NCBI GenBank assembly: GCA_976226885.1
Contig: OZ320315.1
Location: 34,412,001-34,476,000 of the forward strand
Reading direction: 5' to 3'
From: Iphione sp. A-MEVVRFRX5
Lineage: Eukaryota
DNA: 64,000 nt
In this document: one piece after another, positions 38,271-50,785 of the stretch
How the letters are laid out: each line of letters opens with the position of its first letter
How positions within the stretch are numbered: position 1 is the stretch's first letter
Notes under the pieces: generated by a model
Databases searched by the model: none
Told to the model about the DNA's origin: nothing
Seen by the model: the letters and a program-made list of their open reading frames with translations, nothing else
Made by a program: the position numbers and the translations under genes

Positions 38271-40052
38271 GAAGATCCCTGTCATATGATAGGTGAATAT
38301 ATTCCTGGTAAAAGATATAAGGAAATGAAATGAAATAAATGAATATGGTAAATGCCACATCTGCTTAGATAACCTGTATGAAATAAAAGCTGGTGACCTA
38401 GGGAACACAATGTTGTATTGTATGAGCCTGCATCTCCATTCATTCCAAAGATATTCACAAAACAAAACAAATCTTCCACTGGAACTAAAATAAGAGTTGG
38501 TCGTGATTGTCACACCCAAAAGCAGAGCACCAGCTTGTGACTATCCATGTGTTAACCAAGCTTCTTATGTTCATATTGGCTTTTCATTCAAAATTTCTGG
38601 TATAAAAGGTGTTGTTTTTCTTTCGTTCATAATTATGCCAGATCTGTTCTATGGAGCAATAAAGTCTGGTGAGCACTGTGGAATTTCTTCATTCAACATG
38701 GCAGCCTCTTTACCCTCCCTTGCTGAGAGTTTTCAGCATGGCATTTAAGATACATCGGCAAGAAATCTTTATGTGGGGACATGTATCCATAGAGCTATGT
38801 AGATGAAAAAGAAATTTCATATACCTGTATGCAGTGTCATACTCTTCATGCAAACAAGGACGACGGAGTTCTGAATATTATACTTTTTGTAAGTCTGATA
38901 GTAATGTAATGTGTCTAAGATGGTCTGTTTATAAGAAAATAAATAAATGTTTAAGATAAAGTATCTGGCTCATTTCAAATGTACTAAAAAATCATTGTGC
39001 ATGCATGTGCTCTCTTGTGAGTCTATTGATTTATAAGAACTTGCCTCCTTGCATACTAGAGCTCTTCACTGGGTTACAAATTCAGAGCTAAAAATACAGT
39101 GTTAAGGTTAAAAGTAACTATCTGTGAAGTTATATATGGTACAGTTAATTACGGATAATGGATTACAGATCATACAGCACTGCGCTATGTATGCCACATT
39201 AACTTAAAATAATTGTTCTCCTGAACAAAGGTTGATCCCTACTCTTATCAGTTGCCCTCCTCCCCACTTGACAGATTCCATAGTCATCCAGAGGTGGTCT
39301 TGTGGATTCCTGGTGGATCAAATCACGACTAACTTGCACCACTGCCAACTTGCTCGTATCTAAGACCTAAATATACCTCTGTGTTTCTGGTAACATGTTG
39401 AAACGTTAGGCTTGTTATGACAAATTTCACCAGATGAATGTCAAAAACGTTATTTTTGTACAGTTCCAAATAATATACTGAATATACATAAAAATAGTTA
39501 TCTTAAGATCATTTTCATATGGCCCCAAATGTGACCATTTCAATATTGACGTTATGATTGTTTTCAAATTCTTTCTCAATATGGCTAAGTATTATATTTA
39601 TTCTAAAAGTACCACAAAAGATCCATATTATCTATATTGTAGTGTGCGCATGTACTAAGAGCGTATAGTGCTAGAAGGATGGTCGGTCCGTGAGAACGGT
39701 CCGTGACAGAATCCGCGATCCGTGATAGGGTACAGTCCGTGATGCCTTCCGGACTTGTATAGATATTGCGTAGTAGGGGTACTTCGCGGATTGTTTATTT
39801 ACTGCGCATAAGCAGACGTCTAGACATCCTATTTTTAGCAACTCTTATGTAATGCTGTCATATATAAACCCATGTTTTCTGGAATGAACAGACCCTCTCT
39901 CTCTGCACGCTAGAGAAAGACCATTCCACGCACAACAATTCAGTGTATTTTGGAGTGAAACTTATTTTCTACTTTTGTCATAATCATTTTACTTAACGAT
40001 CCTAAACATCCGTTGACTTCTTATTTCTCTCTATGTTAGTCACGTTACATTT

Positions 40053-40075
40053 TGGTGGCAGCAGTGGGATTCGAA
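40053..40075 (+). promoter_or_regulatory. Primer-binding site complementary to the tRNA-Leu 3' end
   Basis: TGGTGGCAGCAGTGGGATTCGAA, 3 nt after the 5' LTR. Confidence 0.85.
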
Positions 40076-40143
40076 AAGGAGAGGAAAAGATATACTTTTC
40101 GAGTTCCTGATAGCAGTAAAACAAAACTACGCCTAGATGAGTA

Positions 40144-41610
40144 ATGGCAGCCAACAGAGCGAACGGGATCAACCCGAACCAGGACCAAGGAGTTCTCCAG
40201 AACCAGAATGGGAACCAGGATCAGCCGCCTCAGGGTCCGCCCCAGAATCTACCACCGGAACACGACCCAAATATCGAGCCGCAACCTATCCAGAATACGC
40301 AGAACAACCAGCCTGTGCCGATAGAACCACAGCCCGTGCCGATACCGATAGATGTGAACGTGGAGATCGACCAAGGGGAGAACCAACCACCCGAGGACGA
40401 GGACGTGGTAGAGGTAATCGACGAGGATGCTGACCTTGTCCCTGGGCATGGGCAGCCGCAGGATTCTGTTCACGAGGATGGAGAGGACCCCCCTGTACAC
40501 GAGGATGGAGAAGATGTCGATGTCGAGAGTCAGAGCGATCAGACTCCTCGGATAGATCCGCGTCTACCAGAAACTCCTCCTGTTACCATCCAACAGAGGA
40601 GCAAATATCGACTGAGGAATCGTCCAATCAAGCAAGAAGGCGATTTGCAGAATTCCGGCGAGACCGAGGAAGAATCTGGCAGCGAGTCCCTAACAGATGA
40701 AGCCAAGAAGTTGGAACTCAAACGGAAATTGCGACGCAAGATAGAGAAGAGCGCCTCATCATCACCGAAGCCTGTAACGACTGCTGCAGCAAAACGACCC
40801 TCACGTATTACCCTGCTCAAGCCGGAACGATACGATGGCAAAGCAGACTGGGAGGGATGGCACTCACAATTTGAAGAATGGGCTCAAGTGAGCGACTGGG
40901 ATCTTCAGACGAAGAAGAGCATGTTAGCACTGTCTCTAACAGGTTCGGCCCGTTCTTTCTACGGCGACTTGACCTCGGCCGAGACATCTACATACCAGAA
41001 GAGGGTAGCAGCGCTTCAGGATCGTTTCGGACAAGGGCGAGAGAAAGTCCGTGCGGTACAAGAATTAACTACGCTGAGAAGGGAAAAGGATCAGATGCCT
41101 AAAGAACTCGCTGATACGGTACGCAGGTTAATGAGGAGAGCTTATCCTGCAGTTGATCGTGAGACTAGAGATTCCTTCTCTGTTGCATTCTTCCAACGAG
41201 CACTCAGAGATAAACTTGAATTGAAGTGTATGCGCGCTGATGTCAAAACCTTGGAGGAAGCAATCCGTGTGGTTGAAATGGAAGAAATGTATGCTAAAAA
41301 GAAGAAAATTCGCACCATAGTTACAGAAGACACTCTGAAAGAACAGATTCAGAAGCTAAAAGAAGAAATCCAGAAACCTGTCGCAGCTGTAACCCCGAAG
41401 CCGGTTAAACCTTCGACCCCACCTAAGCCGAATCCGCGACGAGAAAGAAGTAAAGTGAAAAGCACTGGTCGAAATGTACAGGGCAAGTTTGTCTGCTGGA
41501 ATTGCTTCTCTGAAGACCATTTTAAACAGAATTGTCCTAAATTAAAGGGCACTGCTAGAATGGATCAGAAGGGAAACGCACAAGCGCCACCGTCCGGGAA
41601 CAGCGAATAG
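40144..41610 (+). CDS. gag: Gypsy Gag with CCHC zinc knuckle
   Basis: 488 aa; KPERYDGKADWEGW capsid-type region; CWNCFSEDHFKQNC knuckle. Confidence 0.92.
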   Translation: MAANRANGINPNQDQGVLQNQNGNQDQPPQGPPQNLPPEHDPNIEPQPIQNTQNNQPVPIEPQPVPIPIDVNVEIDQGENQPPEDEDVVEVIDEDADLVPGHGQPQDSVHEDGEDPPVHEDGEDVDVESQSDQTPRIDPRLPETPPVTIQQRSKYRLRNRPIKQEGDLQNSGETEEESGSESLTDEAKKLELKRKLRRKIEKSASSSPKPVTTAAAKRPSRITLLKPERYDGKADWEGWHSQFEEWAQVSDWDLQTKKSMLALSLTGSARSFYGDLTSAETSTYQKRVAALQDRFGQGREKVRAVQELTTLRREKDQMPKELADTVRRLMRRAYPAVDRETRDSFSVAFFQRALRDKLELKCMRADVKTLEEAIRVVEMEEMYAKKKKIRTIVTEDTLKEQIQKLKEEIQKPVAAVTPKPVKPSTPPKPNPRRERSKVKSTGRNVQGKFVCWNCFSEDHFKQNCPKLKGTARMDQKGNAQAPPSGNSE

Positions 41611-44600
41611 GTGCGGTGGCAGGCAGAGGGTTATATTTACCAGCAAAAATTAAAGGAGAACCAGTTGATTCCCTAATTGATACAGGAGCAGAGGTTACTT
41701 TGGCGCAAGAAAAGTTCTGTCCTCAGTATCAGAAAACAACTAACGTGGTTCTAACTGGAACAACAGGAGAACGTATTCCTACTTCAGGACACGGAATCCT
41801 GGAAATACATGCTGACGGACGAACCTATGAAACCCCTGCTGTTTACGCTGATGTGCCAGAAGACGTCATTCTGGGAAGTGACTTCCTCGAAGATCAAGAG
41901 GCAGTTGTGAATTTTCCAGACCAAAGTGTTCAGCTTAAGAAATATAAGCACTCCATTAATTACAAACCTGAGGAGAGGATAAGTTTAGTTAAGGATTCAT
42001 TCTCCTCAGGCTCTGGAGATATTGGACGCACTGGAGTGATTAAACATCCCACTGATGTTGAAGGACATCCGCCAATAAAACAAAGAGTGAGACGATTACT
42101 ACTAGGAAAACGCCAAGAAGAAGAGAAACTAGTACAGGAAATGCTGGACGCGGGAGTGATCCGTGAAAGTAAGAGTCCGTGGGCCAGTCCGATTGTTATG
42201 GTTAAGAAAAAGGACGGCTCCACTAGGTTTTGTGTTGACTATAGACGATTGAATGATATTACACGTAAAGATGCCTATCCCTTACCCCGGATTGATGATT
42301 CTCTGAATGCTGTCCTTGGATCTCATTATTTTTGTTCTTTGGATTTGGTGAGTGGATATTAGCAAGTTGAGATGGAACAAGAAGATATACCGAAAACAGC
42401 TTTTGTGACATCAAGAGGATTGTTTGAATTTATTGTCATGCCTTTTGGACTTGTGAATGCTCCAGCGACTTTTGAAAGACTGATGGACGAGGTCCTTCGC
42501 GGATTAACCTGGACCGAATGTTTAGTATATCTGGATGACATTCTTATTTTTGGAAAAGATTTTGAAGAAGTAATACTACGTTTACGTCGTGTCTTACAAT
42601 GCCTAACCAAAGCTGGTCTAAAAATGAAACCGAAGAAATGTGAGTTGTTTCTACAAGAAATAACCTTTCTAGGACATGTAGTTACCTTCAAAGGAATTTC
42701 AACGGACCCCTATAGAGTCAAGGCTATCCGAGATCTGGATTCTCCCACAAATCTAACTGAGGTTCGTACCTTTTTAGGGATGTGTTCCTATTATCGTGTA
42801 TATGTACCGGATTTTGCTACTAGGTCCGCGCCACTTAGAAAATTGACCAAGAAAAATATACCTTTTGAGTGGGGACCTGAACAACAACAGGCATTCGAAG
42901 ACTTGAAATCAGCTTTGACATCTAGTCCTATCCTAGGATATCCTTTACCTGAAGGACAGTATTACTTGGATACAGATGCTAGTGGAACCGGAATTGGAGC
43001 AGTACTCTCACAAATTCAAGGTAGAGTAGAACGTGTGATTCAATATTACAGTAGGTCTCTCACGGATGCTGAGATGAAATATTGCACTACTAGGAGAGAA
43101 CTATTAGCTGTGGTGGCCGCAGTTAAGAAAATGCACTATTATTTATATGGACAAAAAGTAACGGTCCGTACAGATAACAGCGCTGTAATTTGGTTTCATC
43201 GACTGAAGGAACCTCATGGACAAGTAGCTCGATGGATAGAAATATTGGAAAACTATAACCTAACTTATGAACATCGTCCAGGAGAACGGCATAGAAATGC
43301 CGATGCACTGTCACGATTGATTCCGTGTAAACAGTGTGGAGGAGAACATGAGGAGAAAAAGATAAAGGCAGTAACCAGATCCCAAGTAAAAGAGGGGAAA
43401 GACCCAGAACTGTTTGAAAGACGAAGAAATCAACTCTTGGATGAATCTGTAGGACCAATTCTAAGAATGAAAGAAACTTCTAAGGAAAGGCCAGAATGGA
43501 TACAGATAAGTCATTTGTCTACAGAAGCTAAGACATTATGTAAACAGTGGAATCGACTTGAAGTCAAAGGAGGAGTGTTGTACCGAATTTGGTTTGAGTT
43601 TGATAACCAAAGTACACGTTTACAAGAAATAATACCCAAAGAAGGCCGAAAGAAAATAATTCAAGAAGTACACTCTGGACCAACAGGAGCTCATTTTGGA
43701 GTGAACCGGACTGTGTCATATATTGGTTTATCTTATTATTGGCCGAATATGCAAGAAGATGTTAAGACATATATATCTAAATGTCTATGTTCTCAGTTGC
43801 TAAAGAAGAGTGCTGTACCAGGGGAACCTCTTCATCAGTATATTGTAGGAGAACCAATGGAGCGTTGGGCCATGGATGTAGCTGGTCCGTTTCCTCTCAC
43901 GGACCGAGGTAATCGATATATTTTGATGCTGGGTGACTATTTTACTAAATGGTTAGAAGCATTTGCTATACCGGATCAACAGGCTACTACGATAGCTAAA
44001 ATAATAGCTGAAGAAATTATTTGCCGTCACGGATCTTTCAGAGAATTACATTCGGATCAAGGTAGAAATTTTGAAAGCCAAATAATTCAAGAATTATGTG
44101 CAATGTTTCATATTTCCAAAACCAGAACTACCCCATTGCACCCACAAAGTGACGGATTTATTGAAAGAAGTTTTCGAACATTGAATAAGTTATTGAAAGC
44201 AGCTGTGGAAGAACAAGATAAACAATGGGATGAAATCTTACCGTTTATTATGGCTATATACAGAGCGATGCCGCAACAATCAACAAGTAAAACACCTAAT
44301 ATGCTAGTATATGGACGATAAATTAAACTACCACTAGAATTATTAACAAAGCTACCGGAACGTGAAGAGAAAACTTTAACTGCATATGTTGAAGATCTTC
44401 AAGAATGTCTTCGCACAGCTTTCACAATGGTCCATGAAGAATTACGAGCTGCTGCTGAAATACAAAAAGAGACCTATGAGAAACGGATTAAATGGAGACC
44501 TGAAATAGCTGAAAATGTACCAGTATGGTTATATGATCCCCAATTTCAGCGAATAAAGAAAGGAAAATTAAGTTTTCCTTGGAGGGGACCATATTTACAT

Positions 44601-44753
44601 GTCAAACAGTTGGATCTGGGAAGACATATATTACAAAAGACCAAGTCCGGACAAAAGGTATTAGTGCACAGGAATCGAATTTTTGAATATAGAGGTGAAA
44701 CGTTACCACGTTGGATGAAAAATTTGATAAGACAGAAAAGAAAAGAGGACTGA
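41574..44753 (+). pseudogene. pol: Gypsy Pol (PR-RT-RH-IN) with two in-frame nonsense codons
   Basis: LIDTGA, YLDD, DTDAS and DVAGP/SDQG/ER motifs plus GPY. One continuous frame with TAG at 42360 (GYW expected) and TAA at 44319. Entered via G_GGA_AAC at 41571-41577. Confidence 0.93.
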
Positions 44754-44770
44754 TCACCCTCTGCGGAATT

Positions 44771-46098
44771 CTACCTTGTCAAGCCAGTAGACGGTGGAAC
44801 TGAAGATTCCACAACCTCGAGTGGATCTTCAGGATCTATGGTGACGGGAGGCGCTGGACCATGAAGTTCAATCTCAGGAATCGTCTCTAAGGATGCATCA
44901 AGCACAGCTGAGGGTGACGGTGGTAGCGCGTTGGCCAGGGTAAGGAGGGCATTATATGCCTCTGGTCCGTCTGGATGAACACGGTCAAAACAGTCCTGTG
45001 GGGACATGAGATCCATGTTGACAATATCATCCTCGCCTGGGGCACCTGGTTGGGCCTGAGGGTCTTCTGGGTGAAGGATGGTGAAGACAGAATTTTCGTT
45101 GGGAGGAGGCAGAGATAACATTTCCCTCCCCAGATTGTCGTACATCATAGGGACCCATACAATAAAAGATCCGTTGTCATGAAGTTGAATTCTTCGAGGG
45201 GGTGGAACTGCTGGAACTACCCCTGTAATGGCAGCAACTGCATCATTTTCAGTGGGGGAAGGAGGAGGAGTGTTGTTGTTGTGATCAACAAAATGAATAG
45301 GTGGAAGCAAGCAGCAGTGGAGAGAGAGGGTATACACCCTCCCCTCAAGGACAATATCCTCTGTTGCTAGAAGATAGGTCTGCCTAGCTTCAGGTAAACC
45401 CCGCCTTTCCACCACAGTAACCATCAAAGCACCTTCACGACGTATAGGACGAACCGTCATCTCTGGGATAGTAAATGTAAGTGGTGGACTACGGTCCAGG
45501 ACGCCTGATCTATGAGTACGTGCCGAAATAGACATCCCAGCATCAACCCAATTTACTTGAATCTCAGGGCCTAACAAGCGGTGCATTTGCAAAGTAGGCC
45601 CCCTATAACAGACTATTATGCCTGAGTCTGTCAAAGTGGCAATGATGCTTCGAAGAGGGGAAGCCCTGCAAAGAAAAAACAATGAAAATAGATTAAATTT
45701 AAAAGAATTGAAAATGCAGGATATGATAAATAGAAATAATTCACGGACGAGAACCTGCCAAAAGAAAAAGGAAGTAAGAAGAAAAACAGAACTTACATCC
45801 TCAGGTAGCTGGCACGGTCCGTCGTGTAGGAGGGCCTGTCCGCAAGGAGTTGTATAAGTAAACTTTGAAGACTACAGAAGTCAGCTACGGCGATTCCTTC
45901 GGCAATAAGTCGACGAGTTATGGCGAGAAACTGAAAACGGACCCTTTTATACGAATTTTGGGATCCGAAATGTACAACAAAGTCTGACACGATAAGGGCA
46001 TTACTTGAAATTGCATAATGTTATCCGGCATGAAGGGCGCCGCGGCAAAAGTTTGAATTACCCGTGCTGGGACCATCTCGCGTGATCCGTCCCGGCAT
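44771..46098 (-). CDS. Antisense, two-exon accessory gene of the Gypsy element (about 398 aa, unknown function; one nonsense codon at 46021-46023)
   Basis: Exon 46098-45797; donor AT|GTAAGT; intron 45796-45666; acceptor ttttcattgttttttctttgcAG|G. The phase-2/phase-2 join links ORFs 45793-45990 and 44771-45682 in frame. Confidence 0.65.
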
Positions 46099-46172
46099 AC
46101 GTCAGGGCAGAGATATTATTTCATCATCCTCGGTGTCTCTGTCTGTTTCTTGAGAGCAGTCGAACAAGCAAG

Positions 46173-47729
46173 ATGGTAAATCCACTGCTCCTCGTTTGTG
46201 ACCAGTGTCAGCTCACGGTGAAAGGGCAGAGCGCCCTTAATAAGCATCAGGCCAACGTCCACGGCATGTCGAAGAGCGGGCACCTGCTGAAGATGATCTG
46301 CCCATGGTGTCCAGGGAAGAAGTGTGCGCACGAGCTGAAATCCTGGACGGACCATGTGAAGAGTCACCATGCTAGCCAGAGTTATTTCCTCGCGAAGAAG
46401 TTTCATCACTTATTTGCGCTGAACAACTTTAGATGGGAGATTCCGGAAGGGTTCGACAGCGAGTCCGAGCCGGCCATTGAAGCACGGAACCTGGTCTGTG
46501 CCTGGCGACAACGTAAAGGGGAGATTTTGTCTCTGAATGGGCGAGCCGTGGCCGTCTCCCCTGTAGCTGCTGGAGATCCGGGGACATCCGGGAGTACATC
46601 TAAAGAGCCGTCCCGGCCTGAGTCAGTCGAAGTTACTCCAGAACCGAAATTCCCGCCAAAGAAACGACGAGTACAAGAAGAATCTGCGGATCTGCCTGTG
46701 AAGAAACTACAGAAGCCGGCAGAGGAGAGTATCACGGATTTGTCGGGTCGACTGAATATCAGCGGCATAAGTAACATCAGTATGATTAGTACCACCCCTT
46801 CTATGGATGAGGCGGTGGATAAACTTATTGCAGATGCTTCTGGTACTTTGGTCGAGATCTCTTTGGGAGAGGAGATCGAAGCTGGGGACAAGCAGAAGGA
46901 GTATCCTGGCGAAGAAGAAGTAGGAACGGCTACAGAAGACGAACACATTAAGGAAAGTACGGCCAGTCCTAGTGAAAAGCGGCTGGAGGAACAAGAACAA
47001 ACAGTCGAAAAACGGATTTTACACAGACGAGAGAAGCAGATGGAAGAGGAGGTGCAGCCAAAGACAAAGAAGGTTGCAGAGAAGACCGCAGAAAAGGTTA
47101 TGGTGATAGCAAAGGGCGGCAAGAAGAGGGACAAGACGAAGCAGAAGGAGATTCCGGTGGAGCAACCTCGACCGACCCACGAATCCGGTTCAGCCTTTGA
47201 CTGATGGCTGACTGAAGTGGCAGACGGCACCGTGTATCCATTTAGTGGAACGGCCAGGACGGCTCCTCGAAATCCGGTGCCCCTTTTTGACACTTTGTGG
47301 CCACCGGCGAATTGGGACGTGCTGATGCCGGAACAGAAGTATCTGGTATCCCTGTCTGCAGCGACAATGGAGGCCATGAAGGAGGGAGGACTGATGCCGG
47401 GTGATCCGTTTGGTCCGTTGCGAGATTGCCCCTACCTGATATTGCCCGGCGCTAAGAAACCCTCCAACCCAGAATTTTGGCGTGACAGTTCAGAATTTCA
47501 ACGGCAAAACATCACCGTTGACCAGATCGCCACCCTTCAAGGCCAAGCCGCGTACCAGGGGATGCCATCTCCAAACATCGAGGGTCAGCTGGTCCTCGCC
47601 AAGGAAACACGACGACGGCAGGAGGGCACACTGCAGTCAAGGGTCCGTGAAGAGTCGAGCGCCATCTTCGACACGCACTTGGGCGCCTCGCGAGTAGAAT
47701 CCACAAGAATGGGACAATGTAGACTGTAA
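46173..47729 (+). CDS. Sense accessory gene of the Gypsy element: C2H2 zinc-finger, NLS-bearing protein (518 codons, one internal TGA at 47202)
   Basis: CDQC-x12-H-x4-H and CPWC-x14-H-x3/4-H fingers; PPKKRRV; acidic middle. ORFs 46173-47204 and 47217-47729 share a frame and are separated by a single TGA. Confidence 0.75.
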
Positions 47730-50627
47730 TTTCTAGTCCATTCATGCCTAATGCCGTCCTTGATTGTTAATCCATGCCAAATGCTGTTTGTGATTCTTTT
47801 TCAGAAGTTTTTTAATCCAAAATTTACTGTCCCGAAAGTATAGTCTAGCAACATGACAGTAGCGCAAGAACTGAACCGGAAGGAACTTTACGCGTGAAAA
47901 AGAACTAAACCGGAAGTGCAAGATGATTTTACTATGAACATTATCTATGTATTTTTTATATTCTTATTTATGAATACCTTTTTCAAGGTACCAAAGGAAC
48001 TGTGATGGTATAAAAAGACATTATTTCGAATTTCAGTTTATGCAAGACCGTTAAGTAACGAGTCCGTGAAAGGTCGATCCGTTTCCATATAAAATCATTC
48101 TATTATTTTCTTATCATGTTACATGTGATCCGTGAAAGAATGTATTTTTGTATGTCGAGATACTGATGTGTTCGCAGAGAAAGAAAATATATTTTAACTC
48201 CCTTAAGGAGAAGGAATAAAACCATATCGAATTTTGTCTATAAAACCTTGTTTCACTTTTCAGTAACCGAAACAAAAGTAAAAGATAAGATTATAGATAA
48301 TCCGTAAGGACTTCGAATAGTCCAGAGAAATTTTTAAGATGAGAAGTACATCTCATACCAAGAAACTATTTACATAAAGAATAAGATGGAAAGTAAAAAC
48401 TAATAATTTAAGTAATCTTAATAAAAATCGAATAAGTTTCCCTCTTAAAGAAGGGGAGAATGTAGTGTGCGCATGTACTAAGAGCGTATAGTGCTAGAAG
48501 GATGGTCGGTCCGTGAGAACGGTCCGTGACAGAATCCGCGATCCGTGATAGGGTACAGTCCGTGACGCCTTCCGGACTGGTATAGATATTGCGTAGTAGG
48601 GGTACTTCGCGGATTGTTTATTTACTGCGCATAAGCAGACGTCTAGACATCCTATTTTTAGCAACTCTTATGTAATGCTGTCATATATAAACCCATGTTT
48701 TCTGGAATAAACAGACCCTCTCTCTCTGCACGCTAGAGAAAGACCATTCCACGCACAACAATTCAGTGTATTTTGGAGTGAAACTTATTTTCTACTTTTG
48801 TCATAATCATTTTACTTAACGATCCTAAACATCCGTTGACTTCTTATTTCTCTCTACGTTAGTCACGTTACAATATACTACAACAAATATTAAGACCATA
48901 ATCTTTCGTTCATCACTTCTTTTAATCATTTAGCACAAACCTCATACATTAGCACCACCATGAAAACGACAGCACAACCAGTATACATATATATATAAGC
49001 TGTAATCAGAGCCATATTGTTTCACTTGTATCAACATAATCTAGGCTAGAACTGAGTCTTGAGGCACTCTCAACATCCAGCTGTATACAAAAGAGGCACA
49101 ACTTACCTTGGAACATGTGGATCTATTTGTGAGGTGGTCCATCATAAAAAAAATTCTCCATAAACAAGACTGTAACGATAGGCGAATACATAAAACTATA
49201 AACTTTCGGAGTCTGTATTAATTTTCAGAGTCGGACAGTAAAAAACTATCTAATTCACCGATCCCCGCACGGTGCAAACGATGTCATAATGATGCTAGGA
49301 CACTGTTTACTTCTGCTGACCAGTGTGTACATAAGACTCCGCTAATGATGCAAAAAGGCGATCAATCAGTTGTCCGAGTGACTACACTGGGTCTTGTTCA
49401 TCTCTATACTTTCTAGCACAGTCTGCCCTTCATCAACCGAACCCCTGCCATATATTCTAGTCCACACAGTGGCCTCAGGCCACATCATTATGAAAATCCC
49501 CCATTCCCTGAATCCCCCGATTCAACTGAAGAAAAAAACTAACGTAACAAGAGCTGTCTATACAATGTCCACGTTTATTTACTTTCTCAGGAAAACGGAC
49601 AAAAGGAGTCCCTTCATTCTACTGAACACTTTATTGGATTATTCAAGCATGCTTTCTTTATTTCTAAGGCTTTCTTGCCAATGTACAATACGTTTTGCCT
49701 TTCATGCAGTAATGTAGTCTGGATAGGGCTGTATTAGAAGTTTGTCGTGTTCCCTAAGTGAGGTGTCCACTGAGGCTTAGCAGAGCAGTTCGATGTACAT
49801 TCTAATTGCAGCTTTTCATAATACATGTACACTTGTAACTCCATTCAAATGTGCCATTCTATTCAAGTAACTGACACATGAGTTAGAATTGCAAGGAGTA
49901 ACACCAAAGTATTTGGTGTGGCAGGTCACTGTATATTCACGTCCCTTGGAGTAACTGCATCGTTGTCCTGTCTTTCGACAAATTCTATGTATAAAGCAGA
50001 TATTACGGCCAAAAACTAATGTTCAGTACGAGACACGTATACAAACATCAAAAGCTGCAGTTCTGGTAGTTTGAGATGAAATATGTGCCGACAAATTATG
50101 ACCATTCCCGTCTGTACCTGCGTAGTCCGATTCGCGCCGAAGGGGAGGAAGGGACAGGACAAGGTCTTCATTTCCACATACATGTATACGATACTGTATC
50201 CTTCTTTTGTGGAGCTTCTCTCTTCTCAATGCTTGAACAATATTCCCTATTGGTCACACGAAACTACATCCTAGGATCTACATGTACTTATATCTTTCCT
50301 ACTGCACCTGAGACAGCTTGTTCCTCACAGAGAATAGTCACTTTTCCCTGTTTTCTTACATATTGATCCGCGAGTTCTGACATACTGAAGGTCCGCAATT
50401 ATATGGACGATGTACATTTGTATTCACAAATAAAATGGTTTGGGCATATGAAATCTATATGGGCTCAGTATATATAGCAATAGGTTTTCTAAAAAAGGCA
50501 ACATTTGATTCTAGCACGCAAAACACCATAGCACCACAGCTGAACGCATATGATTTGTGGACCTTCATCAAAGCTGTAACCGATTTGCGTATGTATGTGT
50601 GTTGTGTGTGTGTCTCTCTCTCTGTCC

Positions 50628-50706
<79 letters not shown>

Positions 50707-50785
50707 CTTCATGTGTCAAGCCCTATGATTACCCTGTCTGTTTTTCCCCAACTAACATGATTTCTCACCAGTCTTTCCTTTGATA

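Larger units (their letters stand above)
39638..48872 (+). mobile_element. Full-length Ty3/Gypsy LTR retrotransposon with a 3.7-kb accessory region
   Basis: 412-bp TG...CA LTRs (39638-40049, 48461-48872; 4 mismatches seen), ATAT TSD, PBS and PPT (48447-48460); gag then PR-RT-RH-IN order. Confidence 0.97.

Noticed and set aside
46406..47377. 323-aa antisense ORF within the Gypsy accessory region
   Set aside because: Ser/Phe-rich mirror of the Glu/Lys-rich sense zinc-finger ORF; best explained as a shadow frame.
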